This document shows, piece after piece, positions 1-6,168 of a stretch of DNA of 10,175 nt. The stretch spans positions 1-10,175 of the forward strand of contig JBLWVX010000005.1 of assembly GCA_048268245.1 (NCBI GenBank), written 5' to 3'. The notes under the pieces are model-generated. The model ran no database searches, was not told the DNA's origin, and saw only the letters and a list, made by a program, of their open reading frames with translations. Numbering within the stretch: position 1 is the first letter of the stretch; every line of letters starts with the position of its first letter. This DNA comes from Arcobacteraceae bacterium (lineage in GTDB: Bacteria > Campylobacterota > Campylobacteria > Campylobacterales > Arcobacteraceae). A program made the translations under genes and the position numbers.

Positions 1-220
1 TATTATGAGTCTTCTTATAATCACTTACCCATAAACTTAATGTACCTTTATTTAATCCTAAATCTTTAGCTATTGATGAAATTGATTTATCACTATCCAA
101 TCACAATTTTATTGCTGAGTCTTTGAACTTTTGATTATATTTACTTTTCCTTATTTAACCCTCTCTACATTTTATTTTAACATAGCATTTTTCTATCTCC
201 TATAAACTGTAGCCAGATCA
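1..220 (-). mobile_element. Left end of a degenerate IS3-family element running off the window (IRL plus 5' part of orfA pseudogene)
   Basis: The minus strand from 220 reads TGATCTGGCTACAGTTTATAGGAGATAGAAA, 26/31 identical to the IS end at 4538. The frame from 154 reads (I)RKSKYNQKFKDSAIKL*LDSDKSISSIAKDLGLNKGTLSLWVSDYKKTHN, an IS3 OrfA HTH. ATA sits at the expected start and there is an in-frame TGA at 103-101. Confidence 0.88.
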
Positions 221-245
221 GCTTAATTAAATTCTTTTTAATTCG

Positions 246-280
246 AAAACCTTTAAGGTATTATATCTTAAAGGTTTTTT
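246..280. terminator. Inverted repeat, probable intrinsic terminator downstream of copA
   Basis: AAAACCTTTAAG-gtattatat-CTTAAAGGTTTT(TT): perfect 12-bp arms ending in A/T runs, about 70 nt past the copA stop codon. Confidence 0.7.
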
Positions 281-347
281 GTTACATTTCTATATTTATC
301 TTATAATCATCTAAACTAGTATTAATTGAAATCATAACTATATTGTT

Positions 348-2648
348 TTATAATTTGATTTTTTTTAATCTTAATGCGTTAAAAATAACTGATACAGAAC
401 TAAGACTCATTGCAGCAGCGGCAATGACTGGTGACAATAAAACTCCAAACATTGGATATAAAATCCCTGCTGCAATAGGCACACCTGCTGAATTATACAT
501 AAATGCAAAGATAAGGTTCTGTTTTATATTTTTCATTGTTTCTTTACTTAAATTGTAAGCTTTAAGTATTCCTCTTAAATCACCTTTTATTAATGTTACT
601 TCTGCACTTTCTATTGCAATATCTGTACCAGTTCCCATAGCTATCCCAACATCTGCAGCAGTTAAAGCAGGTGCATCATTAATACCATCACCAGCCATTG
701 CAACTATATTCCCTTTAGATTGTAATTGTTTAATTACTGATAATTTATCTTGAGGCAATACATCAGAATATACTTGCTGAATATTCAATTTTTTTGCAAC
801 GGCATTGGCTGTGATTTTATTATCTCCTGTTAACATTACAACATTAATATTAAGGTTCTGTAAATCTCTTATAACTTGTTTGGTATTTTCTTTTATTGGA
901 TCAGAAATACAAATAAGACCTGCGATAGTATTATTTATCGCAATGTAAATAACTGTTTGACCTTCCATTCTTAATTCATCTGCTTCTAATTGAATATCGT
1001 CAACTTGTATACCTAAATTATTCATTAATTTTAAATTACCAAGTGCTATAAAACTATTCCCTACATAACCTGTTACACCTTTACCTGTAAGATACTCAAA
1101 TTCTTTAATTTCTTTTATTGGAAGATTCATATTTTTACATTTTCTAATAACTGCAGAAGATAAGGGATGCTCACTATTTTGTTCAATACTTGCAGCAAAA
1201 CTAATGATGTCTTTTATATTGTAATTATTTGCCGTAATTATTGAAGTCACTTCAGGTTTCCCTTGTGTTAAAGTACCAGTTTTATCCACAACAAGTGTAT
1301 TAATTTTCTGCATTGTTTCTAATGCTTGAGCATTTTTTATTAAAATTCCAGAAAGTGCTCCTTGTCCTGTTCCTACCATTATTGAAATAGGTGTTGCAAG
1401 TCCTAATGCACAAGGACATGCTATAATTAATACAGCTACAGCATTAACAATTGCGTATGCCATGCTAGGTTCAGGTCCCCAAAAGTACCAAATAATATAA
1501 GTCATTATTGAAATAAATACAACGCTTGGAACAAAATAACTTGATACTGTATTTGCAAGTTTTTGAATGGGTGCTTTGCTACGTTGAGCATCTGCTACCA
1601 TCTGTATAATTTGAGAAATTAAAGTATCTTCACCAATTTTTGTAGCTTTTATTAATAAAGTTCCATTCTCATTAATTGTTGCTCCAATTACACCATCATC
1701 TATTTTTTTCTCTACAGAGATTGGCTCTCCTGTAATCATTGATTCATCAATACTACTAGTACCATCAATTATAACTCCATCCACTGGAATTTTTTCACCT
1801 GGTTTAATTTTCAATATATCATTTACTTTAATAGATTCTATATCAATTATTTCTTCTGTTTTATCATTATTTATTCTTAACGCTTTAGCAGGGACTAAAT
1901 CTAATAACATTTTTATTGCCATATTAGTTTTTGATCTTGCTTTTAATTCTAAAACCTGACCTAATAGAACTAATGTAATAATAACACCTGCTGCCTCAAA
2001 GTAAACAGGGACTGTATTATGTTCACTTTGTAAAGTTTGTGGAAATATGTGAGGAAAGAATAATGCAATAACACTATATATCCAGGCTACACTAACCCCT
2101 AGTCCAATTAATGTAAACATATTTAAATTCTTTGTAATAACTGACTTATATGCTTTTACATAAAAACTCCATCCTCCCCAAATTACTATAGGTGTTGCTA
2201 GTAAGAATTCTATAAATTGAATTTCTTTCATAGATAATATAGAAAATAAAATTTCTGTTAAATCTGCCATCATTGCGAGTAGAAATAAAGGAACTGCTAA
2301 AATTGAACTAATCCAAAACTTTTTTGTCATAGTTTCTAATTCTAAATTATCATCTTTTTCTAATGTTTTTTTTTGAATAGGTTCTAATGCCATTCCACAT
2401 TTAGGACAATCACCTGGTTCATCTTGAATTATTTCGGGGTGCATAGGACAAGTATATTGTGTCCCTTTATCTAAAACTATTGTTTCTTTTTCATTTTTTA
2501 TATATTTATCTGGTTCATTTCTAAATTTTGATTGACAGCTAGAGCTACAAAAATAAAAACTTTTATCTTTATATTTTATATGATGTTTTGAGTTATTATC
2601 AACTTTCATATGACATACAGGATCTTTTATTATTTTGTTCTTATTCAT
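348..2648 (-). CDS. copA: Cu(I)/Ag(I)-translocating P1B-type ATPase with N-terminal YHS and heavy-metal-binding domains
   Basis: YHS-like KDPVCHM...FYFCSSSCQSKF; YTCPMHPEI...CPKCGMALEP metal-binding domain; TGE, CPC, DKTGT, SEHP, GDGIND, YN...P and MSLSS motifs of P1B-1 ATPases. AAGGA RBS at about 2660-2656. Confidence 0.95.
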   Translation of the reverse strand: MNKNKIIKDPVCHMKVDNNSKHHIKYKDKSFYFCSSSCQSKFRNEPDKYIKNEKETIVLDKGTQYTCPMHPEIIQDEPGDCPKCGMALEPIQKKTLEKDDNLELETMTKKFWISSILAVPLFLLAMMADLTEILFSILSMKEIQFIEFLLATPIVIWGGWSFYVKAYKSVITKNLNMFTLIGLGVSVAWIYSVIALFFPHIFPQTLQSEHNTVPVYFEAAGVIITLVLLGQVLELKARSKTNMAIKMLLDLVPAKALRINNDKTEEIIDIESIKVNDILKIKPGEKIPVDGVIIDGTSSIDESMITGEPISVEKKIDDGVIGATINENGTLLIKATKIGEDTLISQIIQMVADAQRSKAPIQKLANTVSSYFVPSVVFISIMTYIIWYFWGPEPSMAYAIVNAVAVLIIACPCALGLATPISIMVGTGQGALSGILIKNAQALETMQKINTLVVDKTGTLTQGKPEVTSIITANNYNIKDIISFAASIEQNSEHPLSSAVIRKCKNMNLPIKEIKEFEYLTGKGVTGYVGNSFIALGNLKLMNNLGIQVDDIQLEADELRMEGQTVIYIAINNTIAGLICISDPIKENTKQVIRDLQNLNINVVMLTGDNKITANAVAKKLNIQQVYSDVLPQDKLSVIKQLQSKGNIVAMAGDGINDAPALTAADVGIAMGTGTDIAIESAEVTLIKGDLRGILKAYNLSKETMKNIKQNLIFAFMYNSAGVPIAAGILYPMFGVLLSPVIAAAAMSLSSVSVIFNALRLKKIKL

Positions 2649-2676
2649 TTTATTTTCCTTGAATATATTTTTTAAC

Positions 2677-2829
2677 CTAATGCCTCTTATGCATGAATAA
2701 ATGCATAAGAGGACACATGAATAAAATTAAAAAAGGTATAGATTGTGATAATAAACTACCTTTGGGTGTAAAGATATATAGTAAAACTAGAAATACAATA
2801 ATCAAAAAAAACAAGTATCTTCTTTGCAT
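2677..2829 (-). CDS. Small membrane protein, DUF2933 family (50 aa), not in the supplied ORF track
   Basis: Manual translation: MQRRYLFFLIIVFLVLLYIFTPKGSLLSQSIPFLILFMCPLMHLFMHKRH*. Two hydrophobic segments plus the CPLMHLFMH signature. AAGGA RBS at 2839-2835; directly upstream of copA. Confidence 0.88.
   Translation of the reverse strand: MQRRYLFFLIIVFLVLLYIFTPKGSLLSQSIPFLILFMCPLMHLFMHKRH
2683..2712. repeat. Perfect 12-bp inverted repeat inside the 3' end of the DUF2933 gene
   Basis: CCTCTTATGCAT-gaataa-ATGCATAAGAGG. Confidence 0.9.
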
Positions 2830-2851
2830 AATAATCCTTTTTTTTATATAA

Positions 2852-3140
2852 TTAGCTTTCTGTTACTAATATCTTTTTATATTCATCTCCTTCTTCACAT
2901 AGAATTAGAATATTTCCTTTTATTTTAAAAGGTACTAAATCTAATAGTCTAGGAGGAGGACCAAATACATTTTCCTATTGTAATTAAATATTTCACCATG
3001 GCAAGCATATTTCCACTCATCCTTTTTCCACGCAGCTATACATCCTAAATGTGTGCGTAATCCAATTACTACAGTATAGTGGGTATTATCAATTACTAAA
3101 TCTCGTTTTGAATGTTCCATATCAGAGCTTTTTCAAAAGA
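2852..3140 (-). pseudogene. Remnant of a PetA-like Rieske [2Fe-2S] protein (5'-truncated, frameshifted)
   Basis: From ATG 3120: MEHSKRDLVIDNTHYTVVIGLRTHLGCIAAWKKDEWKYACHGEIFN. After a frameshift near 2975: NVFGPPPRLLDLVPFKIKGNILILCEEGDEYKKILVTES*. These are degenerate CTHLGC, CxCHG and GPPPR motifs; no Tat/TM N-terminus is present. Confidence 0.87.
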
Positions 3141-3153
3141 GTTTATAATAACA

Positions 3154-3185
3154 ATTATAACTTCTCTATGTGTAAGTAACATGGA
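3154..3185 (-). promoter_or_regulatory. Putative regulated promoter for the Rieske remnant-DUF2933-copA unit
   Basis: Minus strand: TCCATGT-tact-TACACAT-agagaagt-TATAAT. Same geometry as 4396-4427. Confidence 0.6.
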
Positions 3186-3189
3186 ATGA

Positions 3190-3391
3190 TTATGTTATGT
3201 TTAGTTTATAACCAACATTTTTAATAGCTGTAATTGTATTTCTATTCAGTTTTTTTCTAAGGTTTTTAATATAGTTTCTTCTGCATTAGCCCCATCCATC
3301 ACACTTATTACATCACATATTCTATGGATATTAAATGTTCTTCAATGATCTCATTTAGGATAGGGTCATCTTCAAGTATTAAAATTTTCAT
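3190..3391 (-). pseudogene. OmpR/PhoB-family response regulator with a large internal deletion
   Basis: The receiver start MKILILEDDPILNEIIEEHLISIEY / DVISVMDGANAEETI (frameshift near 3315) is joined near 3270 to the winged-helix end YIKNLRKKLNRNTITAIKNVGYKLNIT*. ATGA overlap with the upstream cytochrome c stop. Confidence 0.85.
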
Positions 3392-3718
3392 TTATCTTTT
3401 AATCTTCCATATTTTAGCTATAAATTATAGTGCTTGTCATCACAAAAAGATTGAAAGTAAGCAATTGTAGCTTCTTTTTCTGTTTTTGTTAACTTATCTC
3501 CAAATGGAGGTATGTTCCCATCATAAGGCTTTCCACCTTCTGTGATAATCTGCATTAATTGCCATTTTGGGTGATGCCATGCATGAGCTTTGTCATTTAA
3601 AGGTGGTGGATATAAACCATCAGGAAAACTCTTAGAATTTTATTGTATTTAAAAATAAAAAAAGCTGCTGAAATAATTATAATAATAGATACAGTTGCTT
3701 TTAAAATTTAGATTTCAT
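3388..3718 (-). pseudogene. Class I c-type cytochrome pseudogene
   Basis: MKSKF* (frameshift), then hydrophobic leader LKATVSIIIIISAAFFIFKYNK, then in another frame SKSFPDGLYPPPLNDKAHAWHHPKWQLMQIITEGGKPYDGNIPPFGDKLTKTEKEATIAYFQSFCDDKHYNL*LKYGRLKDK*. The CxxCH region is absent, IPPF stands at the MPxF axial-ligand position, and there is an internal TAG. Confidence 0.8.
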
Positions 3719-3726
3719 TTTTTATC

Positions 3727-4155
3727 TCAATGTTTTTCATAAACATCTAATGAACCATTTTTATTTATTGATAAAACATTATAAGAATGTTTTATATTAC
3801 CTTGTTCCATACCTGGGCTACCTATAGGCATACCTGGAACCGTAATACCAACAATATTAGGTTTTTGAGTCAACATTCTTTTTACTGCAGAATAATCAAC
3901 ATGTCCTTCTATAACATATCCGTCAACTAAAGCAGTATGGCAAGAAGCAGTTTTTCTTGTAATTCCAACTTTTTCTTTTACTTCATTTACATTATTTAGC
4001 TCAACTGTATTAACTTTAAAACCTTTTTCCTTCATAATATCTACCCATTTTGTACAGCACCCACAATATGGTGATTTATAAACTGTCATTTCTTTGCCTT
4101 CTATTGCAAATATTGAGCTTACTAATAATAATGATGATAAGACAACTCTTTTCAT
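3727..4155 (-). CDS. CopG/DUF411-family exported copper-binding protein
   Basis: Signal peptide; YKSPYCGCCTKW, SCHTA, EGHV and PGMPIGSPGME motifs. The ATG abuts the SHOCT gene stop (TAAATG). Confidence 0.92.
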   Translation of the reverse strand: MKRVVLSSLLLVSSIFAIEGKEMTVYKSPYCGCCTKWVDIMKEKGFKVNTVELNNVNEVKEKVGITRKTASCHTALVDGYVIEGHVDYSAVKRMLTQKPNIVGITVPGMPIGSPGMEQGNIKHSYNVLSINKNGSLDVYEKH

Positions 4156-4371
4156 TTATGATTCCTTGATTAATAATTTTTTCATTTCTTCATACTGTTC
4201 TTTTGTTATTTCACCTTTTGAGAATCGCTTTTTTAGAATATCTAAAGCAGAATTCTCATTTTTTTCTTCTTTGTTAAAAAAAGAAAAAATTAGGAAAAAT
4301 ATAATAATCCAAAATATAAACATTGCTAATCCATGAAACATTGTCATATTCATATCCATATATCCAAACAT
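4156..4371 (-). CDS. SHOCT-domain membrane protein with Met/His-rich N-terminus
   Basis: MFGYMDMNMTMFHG, one TM helix, then SALDILKKRFSKGEITKEQYEEMKKLL. AAGGAG RBS at about 4382-4377. Confidence 0.88.
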   Translation of the reverse strand: MFGYMDMNMTMFHGLAMFIFWIIIFFLIFSFFNKEEKNENSALDILKKRFSKGEITKEQYEEMKKLLIKES

Positions 4372-4395
4372 AATAGCTCCTTATAATTCTAATGT

Positions 4396-4427
4396 ATTCT
4401 ATTAAAATAATGTGGACTCTATGTGGA
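4396..4427 (-). promoter_or_regulatory. Putative response-regulator box and -10 of the SHOCT-copG operon
   Basis: Minus strand: TCCACAT-agag-TCCACAT-tattttaa-TAGAAT. Perfect 7-bp direct repeat at 11-bp period, typical of OmpR/PhoB-family sites. Confidence 0.68.
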
Positions 4428-4431
4428 GGGT

Positions 4432-4512
4432 AATGTCGAAGTATTAAAAAATTAATTAAGTTCGCACTTTAGTAAAAGATTTTGAAATTTTAGGAGAAAA
4501 TACTTCGACATT
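4432..4512. repeat. Perfect 14-bp inverted repeat with 53-bp spacer
   Basis: AATGTCGAAGTATT (4432-4445) and AATACTTCGACATT (4499-4512). Confidence 0.9.
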
Positions 4513-4607
4513 CATAATAAGAAAATTGTAGTTAACTTGATCTGGCTACACTTTATGATACATAGAAATAGTAAATTTTCTATATAATAAAAAGATAAAA
4601 GTAGTAA

Positions 4608-4925
4608 ATGAGAAGAGGACATAAATATACCCAAGAGTTTAAAGACTCAACAATTCAGTTGATTTTAAATAGTGATAAATCAATATTTAAAATATCTAAA
4701 GATTTAGATGTAAGTGATAAAACACTTTATGCATGACTAAGAACTTACAGAGAGAAACATGATATACCAACATCTTCACAACAAGCTAAAGAGTCATTAT
4801 AAGAAGAGAACAGAAGGCTAAGAACAGAGTTAGCACAAGTAAAAAAAGAAAGAGAAATACTCTTGTGCTTGCACTCTCTTTGAGAAAAAAGGCAGCAGAG
4901 TGACTTCACAAGCGAAGCTCAATAA
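4608..4925 (+). pseudogene. IS3 transposase orfA pseudogene
   Basis: MRRGHKYTQEFKDSTIQLILNSDKSIFKISKDLDVSDKTLYA*LRTY...ESL*EENRRLRTELAQVKKEREIL: HTH plus leucine zipper, with stops at 4734 and 4800 and an insertion at 4862-4884. Confidence 0.88.
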
Positions 4926-5782
4926 AGTACGCATGGATAAAAGAACATCAAACACAATTTAGTATACAACTAATGTGTAAACTATTTGGTGTGTCAAGGA
5001 GCTGTTATTATCATTATTTAGAAGTTGATAAAAAAGATGATGTACAACTACAAGAACTTATAAAAAAAGCTTTTGTAGAGTCATTTCATACCTATGGAAC
5101 AAGAAGAATAAAAAAAGAGCTTGAAGTAAATTATGGTTTAGTTTTATCAAGATGTAAAATAAGTAGAGAGATGAAAAAGCTTCATTTAAATGCCAATACT
5201 AAAAAAAAGATTTAGAGTTTTAACTATAAACTCAAATCATAATTATGCAATTGCCTGTAATAGAGTACAATAAGATTTTTATATATCATTACCTAATGAG
5301 ATATATGTTGGAGATATAATTTATGTCCCAACTAAAGAGTTATGATGATATCTTACAGTTGTAATTGATATATACTCTCAATGAGTCATTCTCTTCATAC
5401 TTTACTAGTAAATGATGCTCTTATGATAGTAATTAAAAGAAGAATACTATCAAAAGGCTTGATATATCATACTGATAGAGGAATTCAATATGCTTCTTAT
5501 GAACATAAATCTATTTTAGAAAGATATTATATTATCCAAAGCATGAGTAAGAAAGGAGATTGTTTGGATAGTGCTGTTGCTGAGAGTTTTTTTCACTTAT
5601 TGAAAACATAATTAGTCCATCATAAGAAGTTTTTAACTAGAAAAGAAGCTAATGAAAAGATATTTTAGTATATAGAGATATTATATAATAGGCAAAGATT
5701 ACACTCCTCAAATAATAATTTATCTCCAAATGATCTTGAAGATAAATTGTTACGTTTAGAAATGGTTATTTACACAGTTTAA
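4922..5782 (+). pseudogene. IS3 transposase orfB (DDE) pseudogene
   Basis: IKYAWIKEH...MCKLFGVSRSCYY...TYGTRRI, GDIIYVPTKE, HTDRGIQY, DSAVAESFFHLLK, YNRQRLHS. Several stops and frameshifts, and loss of the RKIVGW-type segment near 5378. Confidence 0.92.
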
Positions 5783-5783
5783 T

Positions 5784-6119
5784 TTACAGGGTCGGTTTTA
5801 TATGAATTTCATAACTTCTGATGATTTTATTTATATATTTTACTTCATTTTCTTTTTCTTTAAAGTATATATTAGCTATTTCATTAAGAGTTTTCTCTTT
5901 TTTGCTTCTTTTTTTTGCTATTGTTGGAGGCTCTTCACCAAGTCTTAGTTTTGTTAATATTTCATTTCTAATTTGTTTACAATAATTTATTCTGATACCT
6001 TGAGAATATTTGCCAATAGTTTTTAGTCTATCTTTGTTGTTTTCTCTGTATCTTATTACAAACACTTTATCTATTTCTTTGCCATTTTTGTTTATAATAC
6101 TCTTGAAAAAATACCTTCT
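5784..6119 (-). pseudogene. N-terminal remnant of a tyrosine recombinase/integrase (arm-binding and start of core-binding domain)
   Basis: EGIF / KSIINKNGKEIDKVFVIRYRENNKDRLKTIGKYSQGIRINYCKQIRNEILTKLRLGEEP...KTLNEIANIYF...YEIHIKPTL*. This is the typical island-integrase N-terminal pattern; the catalytic domain is absent and the sequence ends where it meets the IS3 relic. Confidence 0.75.
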
Positions 6120-6168
6120 TGAAGGTTATAGTAAAATAAAATATTTATCATTAAATAAAAGGAAATAA

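Larger units (their letters stand above)
4538..5782 (+). mobile_element. Degenerate IS3-family insertion sequence, right terminal repeat not found
   Basis: IRL TGATCTGGCTACACTTTAT at 4538; orfA and orfB remnants; A6G slippery site at 4885-4891. No ...GTAGCCAGATCA-like end is seen after orfB. Confidence 0.92.

Noticed and set aside
343..558. 71-aa plus-strand ORF
   Set aside because: Antisense shadow of the conserved copA C-terminus; no independent motif.
2366..2374. 9-nt A/T homopolymer in copA as a phase-variation tract
   Set aside because: Such runs are common at this AT content and the frame is intact; phase variation in this group mostly involves poly-G/C tracts.
2990..3120. ATG-initiated Rieske fragment as a functional new mini-protein
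   Set aside because: No clear RBS, both cluster-ligand cysteines are lost, and the natural C-terminus is out of frame.
4094..4336. 80-aa plus-strand ORF
   Set aside because: Antisense to the SHOCT and CopG genes, both well supported.
4734..5348. In-frame TGA at Trp-like positions suggesting stop-codon reassignment
   Set aside because: The same relics also contain TAA/TAG stops and frameshifts, the intact CopG gene ends in TGA, and intact genes use TGG for Trp; this is ordinary decay.
4973..5611. ORFs 4973-5215 and 5381-5611 as independent genes
   Set aside because: They are fragments of one broken IS3 orfB.
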